Shown one piece after another: positions 1-13,770 of a DNA stretch of 23,068 nucleotides. Every line of letters begins with the position of its first letter. The first letter of the stretch is position 1. A program made the position numbers and the translations under genes. The stretch spans positions 1 through 23,068 of the forward strand of contig BAAFSQ010000157.1 of the NCBI GenBank assembly GCA_054661495.1. The letters run 5' to 3'. The notes below the pieces were generated by a model. That model made no database searches. It worked only from the letters and a program-made list of their open reading frames with translations, and had not been told where the DNA came from. This DNA comes from Zygophlyctis sp. KS116. Taxonomy: Eukaryota > Fungi > Chytridiomycota.

Positions 1-22
1 TAATGAATTGAGTTAATATTAG

Positions 23-330
23 ATGCGCAAAAGGCCATTTTGCAGACAATAGGGTCTACTCTAATGAGGAACTGGAGTGGTATCGACGAGTCTTATCGTC
101 CAACTTGCAAAAAGATTATTTCTTATGCTTTCAACCAAGATTTGTTTAAAGAATCAGAACTTGCAAAACATATATTAACGGGATCGTGGGGTCAGAAAGA
201 TGATGTTTCGAAATCAGTAGAATCATTGGTCAAGGCCAATATTCTTTCTGAGATTGGTAACGGCACCTATACTTTTCATTCAAAGGTAGAGAAGGAGTAT
301 TTGGTTGCAAATATGAATAAATTGCGTTGA
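23..330 (+). CDS. 3' terminal exon of a gene starting upstream of the window; C-terminus resembles the winged-helix end of fungal P-loop/AAA ATPase-like proteins (tentative)
   Basis: An intron-like acceptor ...TTAATATTAG ends at 22. The frame reads AQKAILQTIGSTLMRNW...VESLVKANILSEIGNGTYTFHSKVEKEYL to TGA at 328-330. The product guess rests only on the LVxxNIL...YxFHS helix-wing pattern. Confidence 0.55.
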
Positions 331-1107
331 TTGATAATATAATTCAGCAAGCTTCAAGCCGTTTTAAAGTTTATGAAATACAGATTTAACCTGGTCAATC
401 CTTTAACAATTGTAATTCTGAGACGTTGAGATTCCGTAGCAGAAATTAAAATTGTAATTTCTGTTTAGTTTGTTCACCAATTGAAAAAAGTCTTATTAGC
501 AACGGGTGCTCTGTAATTGTTCCATTTCGAAGAGTGTGGACGATTTTGGTGAAGGCTATTTAGGCCGCAATATTAATGACATGAAATTCTTCACTGGATC
601 TATCGGACAAGTCTATTCAAGATTTTCTGGTGAATTATATATTCTTAGCTAACCGTCGTCGTGTCTGATAGCAGGACAGAAATACTTGGATATATTTACA
701 GAATAAGGACATGGATATTTCAGAACGTTTTTTATATCAATCATACGAAAAGATTCTGAAATGGGCTGAAATCAAAAAAAAAATATGTACAGAATTAAAA
801 CCAAATTTCAAAACTAATGCTAGTCTTACTACCTTCAATACCTAATTTTCAATCGTAATCAATGGAGCTTTTGACGATCAATATCTACAGCCAAAGAAGG
901 AGGGTCAGACTGACAAAGGGGGGATTCATTCAGGTTTCTCCTTGTTTCTCAGAGAAACTGTGTATACGCAATATATACAAGAACATTATATATGTATATT
1001 TATTTCTTTGTTATGACTTTAATAGTGAGGAGTCTGATAAGGCGCTCGGATGAAGCGGAAAATTTGAACTTTTCTCGCCATAAAATTTTTCTTGTTGTTA
1101 TCAAATT

Positions 1108-1713
1108 ATGCAATCATTTCTTGCTCTTCTTGCTCTCTATCTTTCCACTGCATGTTCCAAAACATCTAATAATGCATTCTCAGACTACTCTCTAATGATT
1201 ACTCAAAAGGTAGCTTCAGAAGCTGTAACTAATTTGACTGAGAGTGGACATACTCCTCACTTGGTAAAGGATACAATTGATGTTTTTGTGCAAACTGCTC
1301 CGTCCATAATTGAAGAAGAATTAGGAGCTATTAAATCTGAATTAGAAAATGAAAATCAAAAATCACTTTCAAAAAGATCACAAGGAACAAAACAAGGTGC
1401 ATTTAGAAAAGGAGCTTCTCATGCCAAGTTTGCTACAAACAAAATTCGACAAAAAATGGAAAATTCTCTATTAAACAAACAAAATGGATTAAGCAAGAGA
1501 TATTTTGCTTCAATGACTGAAGTTACTCTCGGAACAGTACTGAAAGGAACAGTATTTGGATCAATAATAATCTTGGTAGGAATTTTATTACTGAACTTGA
1601 TCTTTTTCTTTTCTGATTTATGCTTTCGGTTTTGGAGATTTGGATTATGGGGACCCATGTATGGATATGGAGGATATGCCGGTGGGCCTTATGCTCCTGG
1701 TGGGTACTACTAA
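1108..1713 (+). CDS. Prepro-protein A, 201 aa: signal peptide, two LSKR Kex2-type sites, TM helix, Gly/Tyr-rich tail
   Basis: Intronless ORF starting MQSFLALLALYLSTACS. Contains SLSKR|SQ and GLSKR|YF, the hydrophobic run VFGSIIILVGILLLNLIFFF, and the tail GPMYGYGGYAGGPYAPGGYY. Confidence 0.85.
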   Translation: MQSFLALLALYLSTACSKTSNNAFSDYSLMITQKVASEAVTNLTESGHTPHLVKDTIDVFVQTAPSIIEEELGAIKSELENENQKSLSKRSQGTKQGAFRKGASHAKFATNKIRQKMENSLLNKQNGLSKRYFASMTEVTLGTVLKGTVFGSIIILVGILLLNLIFFFSDLCFRFWRFGLWGPMYGYGGYAGGPYAPGGYY

Positions 1714-1780
1714 AAACGAAAATTTTAAAAACAAATTTTTACATTCAAATTTTACGTATTTTTAATTGAATTGATTTGAC

Positions 1781-2395
1781 ATGATCAGCCTATATTTTCT
1801 ATTTTTACTTATATCCAGAGCATATGCATTGTCAAGTACAGATTTAAAAACTATCAAACTCAATCAAATAGGGAAAATTGTTGATGCATCAATTCAAAAA
1901 GCCCAAATAAAAGTTCAAGTGCCACAAAATGATCCTCAAGTCTTAAACTTTTGTAAAGAGTTTAGAAAGGTTTCTATAGGAACTCTTGGTTTTTACAATG
2001 ATAAGATTTACAAGGCTGCATTAAAATCTGAGTCACAGGCATTCAAAGTAGTAAATATGGCAGTCTATGAAATTTATAGCAAAATGATAAAGTTGTTACA
2101 TTCGTCATCATCAATATTTAAAAGAGCAGGATATTTTGAAATAATCTGGATGCTCTTAAAGCAGATGGTGTATCTGATGATTATTAGTATATCTGCAATG
2201 ATTCTTGTAAACATTCCTAAAAGTAGAATAAGGCGATGGTATTGTCAAGATCACCCTTGTGAGAATGATCAAGATGACTTGATAAATGCAACTAGCGGGG
2301 ATGATTTGGATGATTTAAATTTTGATAATCTCAAAGGATCTGACGATCATTTCAACCTAGATAATGATCAAGACTCTGATTTTGATAACTTGTAA
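1781..2395 (+). CDS. Prepro-protein B, 204 aa: signal peptide, IFKR site, TM helix, YCxxHxC motif, Asp-rich tail
   Basis: Intronless ORF starting MISLYFLFLLISRAYA. Contains IFKR|AGYF, hydrophobic MVYLMIISISAMILVNI, WYCQDHPCENDQDDL and an acidic tail. Confidence 0.85.
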   Translation: MISLYFLFLLISRAYALSSTDLKTIKLNQIGKIVDASIQKAQIKVQVPQNDPQVLNFCKEFRKVSIGTLGFYNDKIYKAALKSESQAFKVVNMAVYEIYSKMIKLLHSSSSIFKRAGYFEIIWMLLKQMVYLMIISISAMILVNIPKSRIRRWYCQDHPCENDQDDLINATSGDDLDDLNFDNLKGSDDHFNLDNDQDSDFDNL

Positions 2396-2469
2396 AAGTC
2401 TAATTTTAACGTATATTTGCGCTTTGCTTTTACTGATCTGCTCTTGCACTGATCAAATTTTAATTTGAG

Positions 2470-2943
2470 ATGCTTTCATTGCTTACAGTCATCGTTTTTC
2501 TCCTGTACTCTGCAAGATCATCTAAATTTCCAGTTGAGAAACTCCTACTTACATTCGAGTCACGAGTTGGTAGATTAGATCCTGTTTTATATTCTGTTTT
2601 ATCTACAAATATACGATCAGTGACACCATTGATTCTAGATAAATACTCTAAATTAGCCAAGGAAAATCCTTTAAAGATTGAATTTTATGCTAAAGCAGCA
2701 TCATCTGAATTGAAAAATTCAATATCACCATCAAGAAATTGTCAACAATTACAAAAAAGACAATTTTACAAATGTCCTGTTGGAGCTGCAATGATTACGC
2801 TATTAAGCGTATCTTCTGTTATTATTAGTGGTCTTGCATTCTTTATATTCCTTAATTACTTTAGAGAAATTTCTCATCAACAGTATTGTTTGACTCATGA
2901 CTGTACAGTTGATCCTAATGATCTTTATGAAATTAAAGCGTAA
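2470..2943 (+). CDS. Prepro-protein C, 157 aa: signal peptide, LQKR site, TM helix, YCxxHxC motif
   Basis: Intronless ORF starting MLSLLTVIVFLLYSARS. Contains LQKR|QFY, hydrophobic MITLLSVSSVIISGLAFFIFL and QYCLTHDCTVDPNDL. Confidence 0.85.
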   Translation: MLSLLTVIVFLLYSARSSKFPVEKLLLTFESRVGRLDPVLYSVLSTNIRSVTPLILDKYSKLAKENPLKIEFYAKAASSELKNSISPSRNCQQLQKRQFYKCPVGAAMITLLSVSSVIISGLAFFIFLNYFREISHQQYCLTHDCTVDPNDLYEIKA

Positions 2944-3086
2944 CAAGAATATTTATTAACGTTAGAAATGATAAATATGGATTTTATCAAGAATTATATA
3001 GGATAAACTAGACCAGCGTTTCAAAAACTATAAAAAAATTCTGGTTCAAACAACAAATTTTTCTTGTTTTTATCTTTTGAGAGGAA

Positions 3087-3530
3087 ATGAAGGGATTTAT
3101 TCTAGTTTTATTGTCAATGACAATGGTATTCTGTAGAGCATTAACTTCTTCTGATGTAATGCAAGAGATAATTTCTAAATCAAAATCTTTTATTAAATCT
3201 AGACAAGAATTATCAGCTTTTATTCCAATTTCTAAAGTTTTTAAGAATCAAGGCCAGGAAATTCTAGACAAGAGATTAAAAATAGTTTTGGAAAGGCCAA
3301 CTACATCAGAAGCATTAAAGCAGACTCAATTGACTAAAAGAGATTTACTTCAAAGCCTGAAAAACTTGGAAAACTTGAAGAGTAAATCCATCATCAAAAG
3401 ATCAACAGGAGCTTTTGGAGTCATGGAATTTATTTTCAGTTATATGGTACTGGGAGTTATGATGGTGGCAACTGGAATTATACTAAAATTCTTTTACATG
3501 AAATTACATAATAAAACAGTGGATTTTTAG
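3087..3530 (+). CDS. Prepro-protein D, 147 aa: signal peptide, LDKR/LTKR/IIKR sites, C-terminal TM helix
   Basis: Intronless ORF starting MKGFILVLLSMTMVFCRA. Three [L/I]xKR sites, then hydrophobic FIFSYMVLGVMMVATGIIL followed by a short basic tail. Confidence 0.85.
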   Translation: MKGFILVLLSMTMVFCRALTSSDVMQEIISKSKSFIKSRQELSAFIPISKVFKNQGQEILDKRLKIVLERPTTSEALKQTQLTKRDLLQSLKNLENLKSKSIIKRSTGAFGVMEFIFSYMVLGVMMVATGIILKFFYMKLHNKTVDF

Positions 3531-3599
3531 ATTTTATTAAAAGTGATCATATAATTAATTGTCCAGACTGATTGTATATTGTTTTGATAGGCTCAGGTG

Positions 3600-3951
3600 A
3601 TGGATAAACACACAGAGTCTCTTCTCCTGCGTACATACTCTCCTGACCAACTAGAGAGATTAAAAGCAATTGAGAAATCATCCAAGCGGAATGGAATATT
3701 GTGTGGTATAATGGGTATTTAATACATACTAATCAACAGTCGGTAGTGTAGTTGGCGTGCTGTTTTACTTTAGGAAACTTAATGGTGGAAAAGTATCAAA
3801 ATACTATGCTGGAATATTGTCTTTATTAAGCGGTTTATCAATATCGCAACTGGCAACTCATTATCTGTTTGTCAGAGACAGTGATCATATCAGGTTTGAA
3901 CGAAGAATGATTGCAGCAAAACTGACAGAAGCAAGCAAAAGAAATCATTAA
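3600..3951 (+). CDS. Small two-TM hypothetical membrane protein, 108 aa
   Basis: ATG at 3600. Removing a 25-nt intron at 3715-3739 (GTATTT...TACTAAT...CAG) joins MDKHTESLL...GILCGIM to VGSVVGVLFYF...ASKRNH. Confidence 0.75.
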
Positions 3952-4108
3952 TGAATAATATATTTTTAATTTTACAACTACATAAATTCATCCTTGATTT
4001 AATAATATTGATGATTGGTATGAAACGTCAGAGACCTTTTCTATTTATAGATATAGCAATGCGGTAAACGGAGATCTAATTATAGAATAGAGCTTGGTCA
4101 AAAAGTAA

Positions 4109-4144
4109 ATGAGCTCTAATAGTTCTATGAGCTCTAATAGTTCT
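4109..4144 (+). repeat. 18-bp perfect tandem duplication covering the start codon (ATGAGCTCTAATAGTTCT x2)
   Basis: Seen directly. It encodes MSSNSS twice; a degenerate third copy begins at 4166. Confidence 0.9.
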
Positions 4145-5052
4145 CATACGACTTGTTATCCTATAATGAGCTCTACGGTTCTGCCAGAGTTTAATACAAT
4201 TCTGATCAGTGATTCAATTCCAGAAACAAAAAATCAAGCTGCTCTAGAATCATACTTTAAAACATTGGGAGTGGCTACAAAAAATGGTAAATCTGCATTC
4301 CAATGCTCAAAGAATGATGACTATGGCAAAGTCCGATATTTCACCACTGCATACATTTCATATCTTGTGGCTACTCAGTCCAAAGATTGTGGAAATACAA
4401 AGCCATTACCTAAATTGTGTAAAAATACCATTGATATTGCCATAAAGACTTTTGATGATTTTGTAGTTAATAATCAATGTGTGGGCAAATCTGTACAACC
4501 AATGCAAAAGTCATTTCAAAATTCCATGAAAAGTATCGATACAGGAGCAAATCAAAATGGATGTATATCTGGATTTTATTTAGAGCTTGGACAATGTGGT
4601 ATATTAATTTTACTTACAATTAAGGATTCCTTGGAAAAAAGGATGCTTTAAACTATTGCAATAATATTAATTCAACTGATATCTGCTGTCAATCCTTAAA
4701 TAGGACTGAACTTGCAATTTCTGGATCAGTAAATGAGAAAAAAAACTCTAGTAATTTAAATCTTATCATTGGACTTTCAGTTGGAGCGCTGGTATTACTT
4801 TTACTTGTAGGAGCATTTATATATCGTCGTAAACGTCTAGTAAGGGATGAATCAAAGAATATACCGCAATCAAAAGATTTATCTAAATTGGAAGAATCAG
4901 ACACTTCTCTAGAAACGAAGATCCGAAATTCAGATCAATCCTTTTCTCTATCAATACTATCATCGGTAGATTCTGTTGATGTGTCTACTATAAATTCACA
5001 GAAACCACCTAGAAGATTGGGGAATCAAAGCTTGAGAAGCATGCAGTTTTAA
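4109..5052 (+). CDS. Single-pass membrane protein with a Cys-rich N-terminal domain (10 Cys) and a Ser-rich cytoplasmic tail
   Basis: A 26-nt intron at 4599-4624 joins ...CISGFYLELGQCG to FLGKKDALNYC...DICC. TM LIIGLSVGALVLLLLVGAFIY is followed by RRKR; TAA at 5050-5052. Confidence 0.8.
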
Positions 5053-5175
5053 ATTTGTAGTTTTATATTTGAACATGTAAGGATATCTTAAAGTATTGAT
5101 GAGCATCAGCACCTAGTGCGTGGGTGAGTCTCAGTGAGCAGCGTTTGAGGCAGCGGCGAAACAGCAGAAATTCAA

Positions 5176-9954
<4,779 letters not shown>

Positions 9955-10004
9955 TCAGTAATATACTAAGTTTGATCTTAAACGAATTATCTTTATTTTT
10001 TTTC

Positions 10005-11560
10005 CTAGAGCTCGGCATGTTCAACGTCATCGTCTTCTATGATTAAATTTAAAAAAAAATTACCAGAAGTCTCATCAGCACCATCCTTCTTCTCAGCTGC
10101 AGTAACTTCTGAGCCGTAATGGGCACTTTGCTTGACAAAAGCGATCAAGGAATTCAACGAACGATCACCTTCATAGTGAACAACCTCCCCAGTCTTAGCC
10201 TTGAAAAGTTTCAAAGTTGGGAAACCAGAAATTTGGAATGGTGCATTAGAAGGCAAATCATTCGCAGTTGAATCCATCTTGGCGATCACAATATTATTGG
10301 TTCCGATAGTTTCAGCAAATTCCTCCCAGATAGGGGCCAATTTTTTGCACTTGCTTTTAAACTAAAAATCTTACATGCCCACACCATGGAGCGTAGAATT
10401 CCACAAATATATCCTTTGAGAGGTCACCAACAATACTTTCGTAATTCTTGTTAACAATGACCTTGACTGGTGCGTCATTAGGTTCTGGAATAGCTTCAGA
10501 TTTATATGATGGCTCAAGTGTTCCAGCAACATATTTATCTAACCATTCCTTTACAGCCTTCTTTTCAATTTTTTTCGACTGATCAAAAGGATATTTAGTA
10601 TTCTTCACCAAATCAGCCATTCCAAGAGCAGGCCATGATTCCTTCAAATTAACACTTTCTGCGTGACCTCCAAACTTGGAAGCATCCAAATACACAAAAC
10701 TAATTTTTCCCTTGTAATCCTTTGAAAGAGATTCAACTTCAGCCCCAGCACTTTTACGTTCTTCATCATTTGAGACAAAGAGATATAAAATTGGCAGTTT
10801 CTTGTTTACATATGTTTCAAAGTTATCTGGTCCAATCTCATCCATATTTGGCAAAGAATTTTCAGCAATAAACTGTGTCAAAGAGTCTTCTGAAATTTCT
10901 CCTTCAAAGATATTTTTTCCTTCATCAAACTTTTTGAACAAAATTACACCTGGATCCTTAACTTTATGTTCAGAGAGGTCAGTGATTATTCCAAAACTGT
11001 ACTTATCTCTGAGCTTACTTGCAGCTGATTCGAAAACCTTTGCTTCTGCTGAGGATTTATCAGAGAAAACACCAATAACCACAACTTTATCTGAAGTTGA
11101 AAACTCCTTGACTGTGTCACTTGTTAATTTCACAACAGCGGGAAGGGACTGTCTAATTCTTAGCGTGTAAACCCATACCTTTTCATAATAGAAATGATAT
11201 CGTCCGCCTTTCTACCACCTTTATAATCCGATACAGAGTCAGCGCCTCTAAAGATCTTTAGAGTGGGGAACCCTTGAACACCAAATCTGGAACACAACTT
11301 TTCCTCAACAGTACAATCCACTTTTGCGACTCCAACTTCACCCTTTAATTTAGTTGCGACGATTTCGTATTCTGGAGCAAGAGCTTTACACTACGCGTTA
11401 ATAATAGCAATAATACATGACCGCACCAAGGAGCAAAGAATTCGATAATAGCCAATGGTTCCTTACCAACATACGCGTCAAAAGTATCGACGGTAAGATC
11501 AGTAACATCAGACGCAGCAGCAAAAGCAACCAAGAGAGACAAGACGGTCGCCGAAAACAT
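10005..11560 (-). CDS. PDI1: Protein disulfide-isomerase (a-b-b'-a'), about 483 aa, C-terminal HAEL ER-retention signal
   Basis: Signal peptide, and two APWCGHCK sites restored by splicing. Introns at 11391-11416, 11153-11178, 10350-10374 and 10037-10063. GFPTLK motifs present; spliced CDS 1452 nt. Confidence 0.95.
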
Positions 11561-11757
11561 TTTTTTTAATATTCCTAAACTCGTTTATGAGTTTTAGGCC
11601 CGTTAATTAGTTCTGTTTCTATAGATCGGCTCTTGATTGATCATGGCTAGTTTAATTTAGACCTATAAATCTTTAATTTTTAATTGACTATGCTCTCATA
11701 CAAATATACGAGTGAAATATCAACTTTAGGCGCGTGTCCGAAAATCATCTTTTACCA

Positions 11758-12795
11758 ATGATCATCTTTGCTTCTCCACTTGTCAAAAAGTATTCTAGTC
11801 CATTCTTTTCCCTAGCTTCATTAATAATTATTGGCTCGCTTGTAGCCGTTTGTCTACTGCCCTGGTTTTTTGCGTATGCATCAGGATGTAATTCATAATC
11901 CTTTAATACTAGCGTTTTGGTTAAAAGAAAACTATTTTCTTGAACAGCCGAAAATCGCCCTGACGAATGCATATATTATTGAGCTTGTCGGTACAAGGTC
12001 TAATGATCTACCGCTTGTATTGTCATGGTCGTCAAATGAAACGTATAACCAAATTGCAAACACATATAGCAGAGCACCAATCGTCAAGGTAAATATTTAG
12101 TATTTTACATTAGTTTTGGATGAATGATTTGAATAACGATGGTCTTAATGATGAATTTGATTTTCATATTTCAATGCCAGTTCTCCCTTCAGAGAATATA
12201 TTGTCTGCTAGGATTGCATTTGAGATTAAATTAGAATTAAGTTCAGTCTTTAGACTTGAAATGTATTCACTAGTAATTGCGGATTCTTTCTTTCCTGTTG
12301 CTTCGCAATCACTTGATATACTTGGTGATTTAAGCTTGATATCAAGATCATCTCTGTATTTCAAGGCTCATAAGGACTCAAAAGACTTTGATTATAGAGT
12401 TTTAAATTTTACGAGTATACTTGGAATATCGCAAGATCCTTTATCATGGGTTAATTTAATAAGGGATTATAATCATAGGGATGGTAATCTTTTTCCTACT
12501 AATTCAAGTCAAAACTAGCATAGTGAATGATCATAAAGTTTGGACTCCATCAAAAGGTTCTTCTTTTCTTATAAATGGGCATTTTAAAATTCCAGTTAGT
12601 AGAGTGTTTTATACTCCAGGATACGCTGAAGTTTTGAAAAATGGATGGATACAGTATCTATCTTATTTTATTCTTGTATTTAGCATTGTATATGGATCTG
12701 TATGGTTTTTCCTTCATAATCAATTAATTTCTACTTTTGTTGTAAATCATTACGACTCAAAGGAAACTACGGCTCTCAAATCTTTAATGTATTAG
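11758..12795 (+). CDS. TMEM231: Transmembrane protein 231 (ciliary transition zone, MKS module), about 320 aa
   Basis: ATG at 11758. Three 25-nt introns (11888-11912, 12089-12113, 12484-12508). N-terminal TM, then FWLKENYFLEQP, DLNNDGLND, and YTPGYAEVLKNGWIQYLS before a C-terminal TM. Confidence 0.9.
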
Positions 12796-12840
12796 TTTGA
12801 AAAAATCTCTATTTTTCTTGATAAATTCAAACAAATAATC

Positions 12841-13720
12841 TTAAATTTCTCTTTCTGTAGACAGATCTAGATTCATGAGATGATTTGGTTGAGAAACTTC
12901 AATTTGAGAAAATTCAACTTGTCCTGGACGTACAAAATCATCTTCTGTTGAAGTAAGATTGGGTCTTCTTTCTCTATTTGGTCTTCTAAATGGCAATCCG
13001 TGAGTTACTGAAACAACTCCAGCAGGTATTGGTAAGAGATCCAAGATTGCATGATCAATAAGAGCAACATGAGAATTTGGAATGGATCTAGAAGTATTGG
13101 AAATGTTACTGCTACTTGTTCTGTAAATTCTCGTAGTCGCAGCTTCATCATGTGGTACTGGCCGAGAAAGTACAGGAGCCGGTCCATTTTGTGGACGAAA
13201 TCGTCGTCGATCTCTAGCATTCACAATATTTCGGCTTGACACCATCCATGCATGTCGAGCTGCTTGATCTTCCTGAATAGTATTCTGCAAAATTCTTTGA
13301 ATATTTGATGCCTGTAAATTGCTTGTTCGAGGCGTACTAGCAACATTCAGAGCCAAATCAACCAAATTTCCATAAGAGCTGTTCGAGCCTTGAGCGAGGT
13401 CACCTATTGTTGAATTGGGTGTTTTTTTCATAAAATGCCTCATTGCAGTTTCCTTGATAAAGAACTCAAAGAGCCGCTCTATGGTTAAGCACGCGTAGTT
13501 GATTACTTATAAACTTGTCATTCTCATCCCATGCTTCTACAAAGTCCTCAAAGGAGAATTCTGGTAATTGCTATGATATCAGAAATGTTATCTCACCTGC
13601 TCTCTGATTAGCTTCTCACGCGTGGAGTCAAAGAGATGACATACTTTGCGCATAAGCTGATGTTCAATGGAATATGGAATTTACCTCATCTTCAGTTGTT
13701 AATGGACATGATCGGCCCAT
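12841..13720 (-). CDS. Hypothetical protein, about 265 aa (helical N-terminal domain, disordered Arg/Ser/Pro-rich C-terminus)
   Basis: ATG at 13720. Introns 13657-13684, 13571-13596 and 13479-13506 join MGRSCPLTTEDE/LMRKVCHLFDSTREKLIREQ/QLPEFSFEDFVEAWDENDKFI/KRLFEFFIKETA in frame to the 200-aa ORF. Confidence 0.75.
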
Positions 13721-13770
13721 CAAAGTCAAAATATCAGATTTTAATTTTTCTGAAAAATTCCCTCGCAGAT

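Noticed and set aside
1034-1062. Hammerhead-like CTGATAAG-GCGCT..AGCG-GAAA
   Set aside because: The core needs CUGANGA and a pair closing stem II next to GAAA. The conserved G8 is A here, and stems I and III are not evident.
862-1195. ORFs 862-1053 and 992-1195
   Set aside because: Short with no recognisable features; the second overlaps prepro-gene A out of frame.
1108-3530. Lack of introns in the four-gene array as evidence of viral or horizontal origin
   Set aside because: Native genes here also have intron-free stretches of 0.8-1.3 kb (CET1, YCF1 exon 1, BFR1 exon 3). Base composition looks similar and no mobile-element marks are seen.
10005-10019. HAEL instead of HDEL
   Set aside because: Within normal variation of ER-retention signals.
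11574-11598. Imperfect hairpin CCTAAACTC...GAGTTTTAGG upstream of PDI
   Set aside because: Short, AT-rich and bulged; no support for function.
11690-11761. 23-codon uORF whose TGA overlaps the TMEM231 ATG (ATGA)
   Set aside because: Likely chance in AT-rich DNA and may lie upstream of the TSS; cannot be supported without transcript data.
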